Below, in pieces: positions 17,459 through 26,502 of a stretch of DNA of 48,774 nt (position 1 is its first letter; each line of letters opens with the position of its first letter). This DNA comes from a virus. Taxonomy: Duplodnaviria > Caudoviricetes. Under the pieces are notes generated by a model. That model was not told the DNA's origin and ran no database searches. It was given only the letters and a program-made list of their open reading frames with translations. Location: the IMG/VR virus record IMGVR_UViG_3300050330_000029, positions 1 to 48,774 of that record, one strand, 5' to 3'. A program made the position numbers and the translations under genes.

Positions 17459-18796
17459 ATGACGAACTGCCTTGAATGCGGAACGACGATCAAGAACCCA
17501 AAGCTGAACCAGCGCTATTGCTGCCGGCGATGCGCTGATATGAACCGACAGGCGGGGCGTCGTAAGCCGGCGGCACATTGGTTGGCAATCTGCCCGGAGT
17601 GCGGCGTTGAGTTTGCACGGAAAGGCAACCTAGCTCAGAGATATTGCAGCCCGGAGTGCGGCTCTCGCGCAGCAGGGCGTACCAGGAGCAAGCCGGACGA
17701 ATACTTCGAGCGTGCATGTCCCCAATGCGGCAAAGTCTTTGTCAACCGCAAGAAAGGACGACAGGAATCGGTGCATTGTAGTCGTGAGTGTGCAGCGATC
17801 ACTACTGCGCAGAAACGAACCAAGCACCACGAGCGGCGAGCTTGTCCTCGCTGCGGAAACCAACTAACCGAACGCCAGTTGAAGAAGGGAAATATCTATT
17901 GCAGCCAAGAGTGCGGTGGAGCGACAGTCGGTGGACTCAACAGGCTGCATAACCCGACAGAAGGGCGCCACTGCCTCGCGTGCGGGGAGGTCCTGACTCG
18001 ACGGAAACACGAAATCATCGAGCACTTCAACAAGCGCAAGACATGTGGCGACAAATGCAAGGGCCGTCTCCAGAGCGCTAGATACAAACGCGCTCGTCAG
18101 GCTCGATTCGCGCCGAAGCGATGTGTTGTTTGCGGGAAGCGGTTTACGATGCGGTCGGACCAGAAGCCAGCGCAGTTTCGCCCTCAGTCAACGTGCAGCA
18201 ATGCGTGTCGCGGCAGGGCGTCGGCTGACGCTCGACGCATAACCCTCCCCCCGAAACCTTGCGTGGTATGCGGAACGCTGATCTACCAGCACGATAACAA
18301 GAGCATTGCGGATTTTCGCAAGCGCAAAACCTGCTCGGAGAAATGCAACATAGAACTCAGGAGCGAGACAAGGCGCGCAAACTCTTGGGAACCGAAGCCA
18401 TGCCGCATCTGCGGCGCGATGTTTGGGCGAGGGCCAACCGAGGGTGCGGGGGCTTTTAGCCGACGCATCACCTGCTCTACCGAGTGCAGAAACCGCCACC
18501 GAGCGGCATCGAGACGGGGCGATGTTCCGCGCAATTCACCTTACCCTATCGAGTTCAAGTTTATCCGCGAGCGTATCCTTGATCGCGACAATCATATTTG
18601 CGTGCTCTGCGGAGATGGGCATGGAGCACGACAGCTCTCCGTTCACCACATCGACTACAACAAGGCGCACTGCGAGGACGACAATCTGGTCACCCTCTGC
18701 GCAACATGCCATATGAAGACCAACCACAATCGAGCTTATTGGGCCGGCTACTTCCGGGCGTTCATGGCGGCGAGGGAAGATCTAGTCGCCGCCTAG
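17459..18796 (+). CDS. HNH endonuclease with eight tandem CxxC...CxxxC zinc fingers
   Basis: 8 repeats then RD..C..CG...VHHIDYNK...NLVTLC..CH. Confidence 0.88.
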   Translation: MTNCLECGTTIKNPKLNQRYCCRRCADMNRQAGRRKPAAHWLAICPECGVEFARKGNLAQRYCSPECGSRAAGRTRSKPDEYFERACPQCGKVFVNRKKGRQESVHCSRECAAITTAQKRTKHHERRACPRCGNQLTERQLKKGNIYCSQECGGATVGGLNRLHNPTEGRHCLACGEVLTRRKHEIIEHFNKRKTCGDKCKGRLQSARYKRARQARFAPKRCVVCGKRFTMRSDQKPAQFRPQSTCSNACRGRASADARRITLPPKPCVVCGTLIYQHDNKSIADFRKRKTCSEKCNIELRSETRRANSWEPKPCRICGAMFGRGPTEGAGAFSRRITCSTECRNRHRAASRRGDVPRNSPYPIEFKFIRERILDRDNHICVLCGDGHGARQLSVHHIDYNKAHCEDDNLVTLCATCHMKTNHNRAYWAGYFRAFMAAREDLVAA

Positions 18797-18991
18797 GATT
18801 GAGTGGTGTGTTGGCGTAATCACATTGACGTGCCGGCAATTCCGACACTCCCACTCGACCCGACCGGCAATGATATCCGCCCGGCGAAGGTGACCTCTGC
18901 CACACACAAGGCAGCAAACGTACTTCGCAGCCGGGTCTGCGCAGTGGGAGCACGCGCAGGGCTTGGGCTTCGCTGGCGCACTGGTTAGCAT
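18782..18991 (-). CDS. Com-like zinc-ribbon protein (copy 3)
   Basis: CLVCGR...GRVEWECRNCRHVN; TAATG-coupled to tail chaperone. Confidence 0.65.
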   Translation of the reverse strand: MLTSAPAKPKPCACSHCADPAAKYVCCLVCGRGHLRRADIIAGRVEWECRNCRHVNVITPTHHSILGGD

Positions 18992-19288
18992 TACTGACCC
19001 CGTAGCCGCTTCAATGCAGCGGCTTGCTGCGCCGTGCGCTCTTTGCGCTTGCGTTCTTCTTCGTGGGCGTCTTCTCGCCCTCGCACGCGCGCGCCCTGGT
19101 ACGCGAACGCCGTATCGAGCAGGGCGCGCGATGTGCTTAGGTACTCATTTGGTGAGAGGTCCAAATTCATGCGCAAGAAATCGACACTCTCTGCCGGCAA
19201 TGGCGGCACGGCAATCTTTGAGTTCCCCGTCAGCCGCCGCTCTTCGGAGGATCGGTAGTGCTGGTAGATGGCGTCAATGCTTTTTTTT
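18991..19288 (-). CDS. Tail assembly chaperone, -1 frameshift extension (gpT-like)
   Basis: Open -1 frame from the A8 run to stop at 18991. Confidence 0.75.
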
Positions 19289-19685
19289 CGGCTTCGGCCT
19301 TCATAAAAAACGGCACCTTCAGCCAATTCACGAGGTCGGAGCCGACGCTGTTTGGCAGCAACTCGAACACTTCCCAGCCCACAACAGCCGGCGGCGGCAC
19401 AGCCACGGTTTCGCCGGTCTCGACATTCTCCGCGCACAGATTCCACTCAACGACATACTGGGCGACATGCTCGAAACTCTCCCGGAGAGGCACGTTCACG
19501 CCCCAGGGAATCGCATTGGTCTGCCGGATACTGAGATCGCGGACCCGCACGCGCAGAGGTTCATCGTCCTCGCGTGGAATGTCTCTGATTACGTAGTGTG
19601 CCGATTCCCGAAAAAGCGCTAGGTCAAATTCGGGAACCGCATCGAAGGCCGCTGGCGTCTCGACAGGCTTTTTGCGTGCTGGCAT
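19230..19685 (-). CDS. Tail assembly chaperone (gpG-like)
   Basis: Follows tail tube; AAGGAG RBS; ends shortly after slippery site. Confidence 0.8.
   Translation of the reverse strand: MPARKKPVETPAAFDAVPEFDLALFRESAHYVIRDIPREDDEPLRVRVRDLSIRQTNAIPWGVNVPLRESFEHVAQYVVEWNLCAENVETGETVAVPPPAVVGWEVFELLPNSVGSDLVNWLKVPFFMKAEAEKKALTPSTSTTDPPKSGG
19280..19289 (-). other. Programmed -1 frameshift site G AAA AAA AAG
   Basis: A8 run where the two chaperone frames overlap (EKKA vs RKKS). Confidence 0.75.
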
Positions 19686-19696
19686 CGTGTCTCCTT

Positions 19697-20923
19697 TTAC
19701 GGCAGGGTGGCGATATCGGTCACGACGTTGACGGCCCACGTCGGGCTTTCCTGCAACGCGACGAACGCGAGGGACACGGTCATGTTGTTGTTGTCCGCGT
19801 CCTCGGTCCATGTGTCGAAGACGGCCCGCTCGATGTCGATGCGCGCGCGGTGGTTGGTCAGCGGCGAGGCGTTGATGGCCGGTCCGGTTTTCTCGATCCG
19901 GATGCTCAGCTCGCTATCGCCGATCCACTTCTTGTATTCGTCCCAGCGGTCGTACTCGAAGCGCAGCGTGCCGGTGACTTCACGAGCACCTCGGCCCTTG
20001 CGCGCGATGATCCCGGACGCCCGCCGCTTGTTGGACAGGTTCAGCGTCTGCGAGACGTTGAACGACAGCATGCGATCCGAGATTTCGGTCGTGCCGAGCG
20101 TGGATGCGCTGGCGTTGTAGACGTCCAGGTAGATTTTGGTCCCCTCCATCGTGATGACGTCGTAGTTCGGCAGCGCGAGACTGGGGAACAGCCCGGAGAT
20201 ATAGAACACGTCTCCGGCCACGACCGCCGAACTGGCGGCGGTCTCCAGTGTCAGGGTGTCGGCGGTGTTGGACGCCACCTGCCGCACCTCACCGTTGCCG
20301 GAGCCGTAGTCGAGAAACACATACGCGCCCTGGTGCTCATTGACCGTCCACCCCGCGCCGGTCATCACGACCGTGCCCGTGGTACCGCCGGTCGCGACGC
20401 CTTCGAAGCCTTCGTACCGTTTGGCGTCCTGCAAGAACGGCGTGCCGCCGAGCTGCCACTGGTCATCGGCCGATGTCGCGTCGCCGGAGATGTTGAACTC
20501 GCCCAGCCGGACCCCGGTCGCTTCCCATGGCAGACCGTCCACCCCGAACAGCGCCGAGAAGGTGCTGATGTCATCGGCGTTGAAGGTCGGCGCAAAGGTG
20601 TAAGTCGTCGCCACATTCGGGTTGGCGTCGCTGGTCCCGGTCACGCCGCCCTTGATGGCGTACTGACTCAGGATCGCCAGTTCCTGATAGGTGGCGCCCC
20701 CGCCAATCGTGCCGGACGGATCGGCAAAGTCGCGCCGTATGGTGGCCGTGCGGTCGTAGCCGCCGGTGGCATCCTGCGACCGTTTGAGCGCCCCGATTCC
20801 CGGTGTGGCCGAGAACGCGGTCATCATGCGTTTGGTCGGGGTCACATAGGTGCCCGGCGTCGTCTCCGTCGCCAGCATGAACCCCTTGTTCGCGACCTCG
20901 TTTGGCACGTATCGAATAGGCAT
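19697..20923 (-). CDS. Major tail (tube) protein
   Basis: ETTPGT..TP, TYTFAP, GAREVTGTL.FE; position after tail terminator. Confidence 0.8.
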   Translation of the reverse strand: MPIRYVPNEVANKGFMLATETTPGTYVTPTKRMMTAFSATPGIGALKRSQDATGGYDRTATIRRDFADPSGTIGGGATYQELAILSQYAIKGGVTGTSDANPNVATTYTFAPTFNADDISTFSALFGVDGLPWEATGVRLGEFNISGDATSADDQWQLGGTPFLQDAKRYEGFEGVATGGTTGTVVMTGAGWTVNEHQGAYVFLDYGSGNGEVRQVASNTADTLTLETAASSAVVAGDVFYISGLFPSLALPNYDVITMEGTKIYLDVYNASASTLGTTEISDRMLSFNVSQTLNLSNKRRASGIIARKGRGAREVTGTLRFEYDRWDEYKKWIGDSELSIRIEKTGPAINASPLTNHRARIDIERAVFDTWTEDADNNNMTVSLAFVALQESPTWAVNVVTDIATLP

Positions 20924-21132
20924 TACTCACCTCCCTCGGCCGGTTTGGGTTCGGTTGGTTTGGGTTCGGTTGGTTTGCTGGCGGTCTTGTTCGGTTCGTA
21001 CCCGCCGCCGGTGGTGACCGCGCGCTTCTGCAGCGGTCCGAGCCGGTCGAATTCGTCCTGGGTCAGATCGCGCGCCGGCACCCCTGCCCAATGCGCGCCG
21101 TTCCCGATGTACCGGTATCCATGTCTACTCAT
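20923..21132 (-). CDS. Small virion-associated hypothetical
   Basis: YRYIGNGAHWAGVPARDL; KPTEP repeats; coupled both sides. Confidence 0.7.
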   Translation of the reverse strand: MSRHGYRYIGNGAHWAGVPARDLTQDEFDRLGPLQKRAVTTGGGYEPNKTASKPTEPKPTEPKPAEGGE

Positions 21133-21602
21133 GGCAATTGCGCCTCTCGTTGGTATTGACTGTCCATCGTGATAATGGCCGCGTGGCAGAAGGGGCTCTC
21201 GCCCCATCGGGTCGCCATCCGCCGCACCGTCGCCTGATGCCAGACGCGATCGACCGAGCCGGGCAGCGCCGCCGGCAATGCGCTGTTGACGTTGCCCCCG
21301 TAGACGTTGGCGTCGAACAGGTCCAGCAGCGGTTCGATCAGTCCGTCCAGCCGCGCCGCGTCCCCCGGCCGGGCCTCGTCGCTGACGACCAGCGCCACCA
21401 GATCGACCGACAGACTCACGACCTGCAACCCGGCCCGCGCCTTGGCGATCGTGGTCGGTGTGAACAGCGACGGCCGCACCATCAGCCAGGGCGATTGCGG
21501 GACGTGGTTCAGCGCCGGATAGCTGACCCCGGCCAGCCCGATCGCCGCCTGCTTGGCCGTGATCGTCTGGGTAATGGCGGACAGCACGTCGGTCTGTCGC
21601 AT
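21129..21602 (-). CDS. Tail terminator-like protein
   Basis: Position after gp10-like gene; TGATG coupling. Confidence 0.65.
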   Translation of the reverse strand: MRQTDVLSAITQTITAKQAAIGLAGVSYPALNHVPQSPWLMVRPSLFTPTTIAKARAGLQVVSLSVDLVALVVSDEARPGDAARLDGLIEPLLDLFDANVYGGNVNSALPAALPGSVDRVWHQATVRRMATRWGESPFCHAAIITMDSQYQREAQLP

Positions 21603-22036
21603 CACAGCGTCTCCAGTGTGCGTTCGACCGCCTTGCCATAGGCCGGTTCGACCAGCGGCTCCAATTGATCGGCCGAGCGCTGCATGTACTTCGTGCCGGT
21701 CTGCGTGACCCGTTTGGCAGAGACGAGATGCCCCTGCCACTCGAACACCAGGAAGCGCGCGTTGCGCGGAACGATCGTGCCGCCCTCCTCACGCATCCAG
21801 GCGTATTCGAGATCCGTGCCGTAGCTGCCGCCGCTCGGGCTGGCCGCGTCGATGATCCGGATACTGCCGCGCAAGGTGCCGATGTCGATCGGCGCGTTGT
21901 CCTGCGCGTAGCCCATGCCGGTCGCAAGCAGCCCACTGGCGGCCGTGGTCATCTCCGACTGCAATACGCCGGGAGCGGCCGTCATCGCGGTCGCAAAGCC
22001 GGTGATCTCGGACGCATCGATCGTGAGCTCGATCAT
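21602..22036 (-). CDS. HK97 gp10-like neck protein
   Basis: AQDNAPIDIGTLRGSI...EYA..EEG...YMQRS. Confidence 0.85.
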   Translation of the reverse strand: MIELTIDASEITGFATAMTAAPGVLQSEMTTAASGLLATGMGYAQDNAPIDIGTLRGSIRIIDAASPSGGSYGTDLEYAWMREEGGTIVPRNARFLVFEWQGHLVSAKRVTQTGTKYMQRSADQLEPLVEPAYGKAVERTLETL

Positions 22037-22446
22037 GGCGCGCTCCCCGGCAGCGGCGTCGAAAACAACTCGGACAGGTAGACATCCATCAGCGGCTCGT
22101 CTCCGCGCCGTTTGGCGATGTCCACCCGGAAGCGCCGATTGCCGATCACGAGCAGATGCCCGCTGTCGATCAGCGAATCGCTCAGGCAGCGGAAGCGATA
22201 GGGCGATTCGATGCTGATGACCATCTCGCCCCCCTGCGGACCGCCCGGCCCATTGACGTAGAGGCGCCCGGTGCCGGCTTCGATCCGCTCCTGCGCTTCG
22301 ACCGTTGTGCTATCGGCCCAGCCGGCCGGCCGATCGACCCGCCAACATTCGTAGGCGTCCGTGTGCCACTCGGCATGGATGTCCTGCTGCAACTGCCGGA
22401 TGCTGGCCGTGAACGCCTGCGCGGAACGGGGATCGAGCACTACCAT
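22033..22446 (-). CDS. Head closure / head-tail joining protein
   Basis: Position; IDSGHLLVIGNRRFRV. Confidence 0.65.
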   Translation of the reverse strand: MVVLDPRSAQAFTASIRQLQQDIHAEWHTDAYECWRVDRPAGWADSTTVEAQERIEAGTGRLYVNGPGGPQGGEMVISIESPYRFRCLSDSLIDSGHLLVIGNRRFRVDIAKRRGDEPLMDVYLSELFSTPLPGSAP

Positions 22447-22859
22447 TCGGAGCCTCCGTCGGTCGGGCCGGTCAGGAAGTGCGACGACACGGTCACGGTC
22501 GGACCCCAGAAGCCGTCAGCGGCTGTCGCGTCGATCTGATTGGCCGTCGCGTCCAACGCCTTCGCCTGGTCCCGGAGTGATTGCGTGCGGCTCGACCAAC
22601 TGATGCTGCCGTCCGATGGCGCGCTGATCGATGCCGGCAGCGCCTCGATCGCAATCGCGAGTTGCCGCATGGCTTCCGCCGCCGCCCGGTAAAAGGCGGC
22701 GGTCGTGATATCCGTGCCCGCCGTCGCGCCCACGCCGAACCGCCCGAGGATGGCCGCGTATTCGGCGTCGGCCATCAGCTCGGTTGCTGGATCGTTCGAC
22801 GTGTCGCGGCCCATGCCGCGAATCACGTCGATGGGCGTGGGCTGCGTCGGATCATACAT
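22440..22859 (-). CDS. Head-tail adaptor
   Basis: GGGAGG RBS; IDVIRG..D...LMADAE. Confidence 0.65.
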   Translation of the reverse strand: MYDPTQPTPIDVIRGMGRDTSNDPATELMADAEYAAILGRFGVGATAGTDITTAAFYRAAAEAMRQLAIAIEALPASISAPSDGSISWSSRTQSLRDQAKALDATANQIDATAADGFWGPTVTVSSHFLTGPTDGGSEW

Positions 22860-22924
22860 ATGACGGCCCTCCCAAAACAGCAGCAAATACAGGTGTGTTT
22901 TGGTAAAATTGAGGCACGCGAAAA

Positions 22925-22951
22925 CCCCTGCGCGGCTGGAACCGCCAGGGG
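22925..22951 (-). terminator. Hairpin + U-tract on the late strand, in HNH upstream region
   Basis: CCCCTG-GCGG...CCGC-G-CAGGGG followed by TTTTCGCGT. Confidence 0.45.
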
Positions 22952-22989
22952 CACGGCACCCCAATCAGCCTATGTAGGAGGCGATCAGA

Positions 22990-23604
22990 ATGCAGCCCAA
23001 CGATAACCGCGTCACCGTTTTCTGCCAACACTGCGGAGCGCCATTCCTTGCAAAGCCATCGCAGATAGCGCAGGGCCGCGGGAAGTTCTGCAGCAGGAGT
23101 TGTCTGGGGGCGAGCCAGAGTCAGACGCGCCGTCGCCCTCTTGCTGATCGACTCTGGGAAAGAGTTGACAAGACCGAGAGCTGCTGGGTCTGGACTGGTG
23201 CAGGTGTCCCGAAAGGGTATGGACACCTCAGTATCGGTGGGCACCAAGGCGACATGGTTTATGCCCATCGTGCCTCGTGGGAGATCCACTTCGGGCCCAT
23301 TCCAGAAGGGCTCTTCGTTTGCCATCACTGCGACAATCCCAGATGCGTTCGACCAGACCACCTCTTCTTGGGAACGCCCGCGGACAACATCGACGACATG
23401 GTTCGCAAGGGACGTCAGCGCGGCACGAGTCTGTCCGGCGAGCGTCACAACCGAGCGCGTTTGACTGAAAACGACGTTCGCCAAATCCGCCGGGCGTACG
23501 CATCGGGGCAGGAAGGTGTCTCCGAGCTTGCACGCAAGTTCGGCGTTGGCATCTCCACCATTCGGCATGTCGTCAAACGCGAGACTTGGCAGCACGTCGA
23601 CTAG
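22990..23604 (+). CDS. Free-standing HNH homing endonuclease (Zn finger + HNH_3 + HTH)
   Basis: CWVWTG, YAHRASW, VCHHCDNPRCVRPDHLFLGT..DN; AGGAGG RBS; TGGTAAAAT upstream. Confidence 0.92.
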   Translation: MQPNDNRVTVFCQHCGAPFLAKPSQIAQGRGKFCSRSCLGASQSQTRRRPLADRLWERVDKTESCWVWTGAGVPKGYGHLSIGGHQGDMVYAHRASWEIHFGPIPEGLFVCHHCDNPRCVRPDHLFLGTPADNIDDMVRKGRQRGTSLSGERHNRARLTENDVRQIRRAYASGQEGVSELARKFGVGISTIRHVVKRETWQHVD

Positions 23605-23852
23605 TCCTCGCCTTCTTTCGAGCCGCGAATGGGTTTACCATTCGCGTTCACAAGCTGATTGCCGACCAGGTAGCGACCGCCGGGGATGGTCTCGTCCGGG
23701 CGGTTCTCCTGCTCGGCGGCCGCCGGCTCAGCGACGGCCTCCTCGGCGGCCGCCGGCTCAGCGACGGCCTCCTCGGCGGCCACCGGCTCAGCGACGGCCT
23801 CCTCGGCGGCCACAATCGGCTCTGTCGGCTCTGTGTTCTTGGCAGTTGCCAT
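23601..23852 (-). CDS. Acidic repeat protein after capsid gene
   Basis: AAEEAVAEP repeats; GGRYLVG...NANG. Confidence 0.7.
   Translation of the reverse strand: MATAKNTEPTEPIVAAEEAVAEPVAAEEAVAEPAAAEEAVAEPAAAEQENRPDETIPGGRYLVGNQLVNANGKPIRGSKEGED
23712..23811. repeat. 30-bp in-frame tandem repeat x3.3
   Basis: ctcggcggcc(g/a)ccggctcagcgacggcctc. Confidence 0.9.
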
Positions 23853-23906
23853 TGGTTCATGTCTCCGCGTGTCGGAGCGGGGCGGTCAATGCCGCCCCGC
23901 GTACGG

Positions 23907-24974
23907 CTAGTAGGTGATCGTCGGGGCGCTGTACGTCGCGTTGTCCGATTTTCCAGCCGCGGCCTTCTGACGCCCGTAGACGCCGACGCCCAGCTCGCGG
24001 CCCAGGAATTGCGCCTGCAAGGGGTAGTGCTCATGCTCGGCGATCAGCCGGAAGCCGCCTGCGGCCGAGAAGTCCCCGGTCCGCGTGCGGATCATCAGCG
24101 GCTTGACCGAGGCATTGCGGATGAGTACGACCTGGTAGTTGGCCGGGACCCACGGCTTGACCCAAACCTCCGCGCCACCGAAGACGCCAATCGCCCGGTC
24201 GTCGGGATTGCTGACATCGAGCGACGCGTTGCCGACCTGCGTGGCCGCCACAACCGTGATACGGGCATCGAGGTACGGCGAGAAGCCCGTCAGCGCACGC
24301 ACCGCCGTCTCGTTGGACTTGGCGATATAGAGCACGACCTGCCCATCGACACCGTGTTCGACGACGGTATCGATGAGTGCCTGCAAGTGGGCGGCCGTCA
24401 AGGTGGCGCTGCCGAGGTAGTGCGTGTGGGTCGAGCCATCGAAGGCACCACCACTCGGGCTGGGCGGGATCGCCTGGCCGTCGGCGTTCAGCAAGGCCTT
24501 CAGGTCGAACGTCCGCTTGGTGCCAATGCGATCGACATAGCCGGCCGTGTTCGTCGGTTTGAAGAACGTGTTCGCAAGAATGCGCCGGATGTTTCGAATA
24601 TCAGCCGTCGCCATCGCGTCGAGCTGCCCCGCCAGCATGGCCGGCGTGGCGCGTTCCAGGTAGGTGCGCGTCCACTGCAACGTGCCACCGTAGATGCGCA
24701 AGGGGAATCCAACCTCGCCGGTCGTGGTGGCCTTGCTGGCATCGGCCGCGCCCCACTCATCCAGCTCCTGGATGATGGCCTCGTCTGATCCGGGGAACGC
24801 GAGCTGCGCCTGGTCGGTCGTGTCGGCAAGGTCGCCGAGGAGATCGGCGGTCAGCGCGGTATAGGCGGCCAATGCCGCCGCGAAGCTGCGGGCGATCTCG
24901 TCTTGTCGCCCGACAACAGGATCGTTGTCGACCGCCCAGTCCTCGAGGGCGGAGAGGGTTCCAAACTTACCCAT
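23907..24974 (-). CDS. Major capsid protein
   Basis: 355 aa after scaffold/decoration genes; GGGAGG RBS. Confidence 0.82.
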   Translation of the reverse strand: MGKFGTLSALEDWAVDNDPVVGRQDEIARSFAAALAAYTALTADLLGDLADTTDQAQLAFPGSDEAIIQELDEWGAADASKATTTGEVGFPLRIYGGTLQWTRTYLERATPAMLAGQLDAMATADIRNIRRILANTFFKPTNTAGYVDRIGTKRTFDLKALLNADGQAIPPSPSGGAFDGSTHTHYLGSATLTAAHLQALIDTVVEHGVDGQVVLYIAKSNETAVRALTGFSPYLDARITVVAATQVGNASLDVSNPDDRAIGVFGGAEVWVKPWVPANYQVVLIRNASVKPLMIRTRTGDFSAAGGFRLIAEHEHYPLQAQFLGRELGVGVYGRQKAAAGKSDNATYSAPTITY

Positions 24975-24989
24975 GACGCATGCCCTCCC

Positions 24990-25382
24990 TTAGGCCTGAC
25001 CGGTGAACTGGATTTTGGTCGTGTCGATCGCCCGGGCCACGACGACGGTGCCGCCGGTCGTGGCAGCGGTGTCGAGCCGGCCCGCGGTGGCGCCCACGTA
25101 GTAGGGGGTGCCCGGTGTGAGACCGGAGCCATAGTGCATCGCAACATTGCGGTAGAGCGTCACGGCCTCGCCGGCCGCCGCGTCCCCGGCGGCGATGCCG
25201 AAACCGACCGCCGGAGCGGTGGCCGCGGTGCCGTTGGAGCGCATCGCCGTGCCATCCGACGCGATGTAGCAGACGTCTCCGGCGGCGATCGCTTCGCCGG
25301 CCTTGAGCCCGCGAATCAGATCGCCCCCGGCCGGGAGGGGAGACGCCAGACTGGGCGTCCCGGATTTGCTGATAAGTGCCAT
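24990..25382 (-). CDS. Capsid decoration/cement protein
   Basis: AGEAIAAGD.C, GLTPG..YY. Confidence 0.8.
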   Translation of the reverse strand: MALISKSGTPSLASPLPAGGDLIRGLKAGEAIAAGDVCYIASDGTAMRSNGTAATAPAVGFGIAAGDAAAGEAVTLYRNVAMHYGSGLTPGTPYYVGATAGRLDTAATTGGTVVVARAIDTTKIQFTGQA

Positions 25383-25399
25383 GAAAGGCAGTCCTTTCG

Positions 25400-25996
25400 T
25401 TAGATCGAGATGCGACCGCGCATCTGCTCGGTCGCCTGTTTGACCGCATCGCCGCCGCCGAGCGGCTTCGGGTTCGGCCGGTTGCCCGGCTTCGGATCGC
25501 TTCCGATCTTGGCCGCCTGCGTTTGTGCCTTGGTCAACCACGCCGATTTCTCGGCGAAGCTGGCGTCCTCGGCCGGCGCAAACGCGGTAATCACCTCGGG
25601 CAGCTCCTGGAGCGCCGCCGCGTACTGGGCCGAGAAATAGGCCGTAATCGCCGCGTTCTCGTCTTTCAGCGCGTCACGCTCGGTCGCTGCCGCATCGCGC
25701 TCCGAGATCAGCGATGTTTTCACTGTCTCGAATTCGCCCTTGGCCTCTGCCGCCGCTCGCGCTGCGTCCTGCTGCCGCTTGGTCTCCGCGGCATCCGCTT
25801 CGTCCTTCAGCCGCTGGGTCACCTTCGTCTCGGTATCCCGGCGCTCGGCGGCCAGCAAGTCATTGATGTGCTTCTGCTGCGCATCGTCGAACTGCGGCTT
25901 CTCAGGCTTCGCCGGCGGAACTGGCGGGTTCTTGCCATCGTCCTCGCTGAAAAACGACACGAACGGAACTGCGAACGACGAGCGATGCTGAAACAC
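25400..25996 (-). CDS. Capsid scaffolding protein
   Basis: Coiled-coil Ala/Glu/Lys-rich; GGAGG RBS before GTG 25996. Confidence 0.8.
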   Translation of the reverse strand: MFQHRSSFAVPFVSFFSEDDGKNPPVPPAKPEKPQFDDAQQKHINDLLAAERRDTETKVTQRLKDEADAAETKRQQDAARAAAEAKGEFETVKTSLISERDAAATERDALKDENAAITAYFSAQYAAALQELPEVITAFAPAEDASFAEKSAWLTKAQTQAAKIGSDPKPGNRPNPKPLGGGDAVKQATEQMRGRISI

Positions 25997-26100
25997 GGCG
26001 ACTTCCTCCCCGAACGTCACCCGGTTCGGTGCGGGTTCCCGGCGATGCGGCCGGTACGCTCTTCCCCGTCATTGGCGGCTGACGGTGGCCGGTGCTCGGG

Positions 26101-26195
26101 ACGCAAAAAAGCGGCCCACTGGGTGGGACCGCTCGGGTCGCTTGCCAATGGGCCGCTTGGGCCGCGAGATATCTGGTTATGCGGTTATGTTAGCA
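26101..26195 (-). promoter_or_regulatory. Late promoter + attenuator-like leader for head/tail module
   Basis: TGcTAACAT; four GCGGCCC-like repeats; 14-bp stem 26109-26158 followed by U-run and GCGT. Confidence 0.7.
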
Positions 26196-26202
26196 CATCG
26201 AA

Positions 26203-26448
26203 TTAGTCAACTTGCTCGATGGTGATCATGAAAATTCGCTGCCCTTCTGTCACTAGTTCGATACGACAACTAGAACCACCGACAGGCTCATCTGCATCCA
26301 AGACATAGAAGGGACGCTGAATTATTTTAGCAGACTTATCGTCCTCGTCTTTTGTCTTGCGGAGGGCATCGATAATGAAGTCTCTTATCGCGTTCTCACG
26401 AGTTTCTCGGTCTGCCCGGAGCCCACCCATCGGCGAAAGTTGGTCCAT
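26203..26448 (-). CDS. Low-GC hypothetical (inserted)
   Basis: GGGGAGG RBS; AT-richer than neighbours. Confidence 0.65.
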   Translation of the reverse strand: MDQLSPMGGLRADRETRENAIRDFIIDALRKTKDEDDKSAKIIQRPFYVLDADEPVGGSSCRIELVTEGQRIFMITIEQVD

Positions 26449-26502
26449 GATCCTCCCCCTTCTGTTCCATCATCTGATGACGTACCGCGTTGGATCTAGA
26501 GT

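Noticed and set aside
23712-23811. 30-bp repeats as a CRISPR array
   Set aside because: Contiguous, no spacers, and in frame within a coding sequence
19598-24788. Long + strand ORFs opposite structural genes (e.g. 19598-21172, 23586-24788)
   Set aside because: Antisense shadow ORFs typical of high-GC DNA; the minus frames carry the phage motifs
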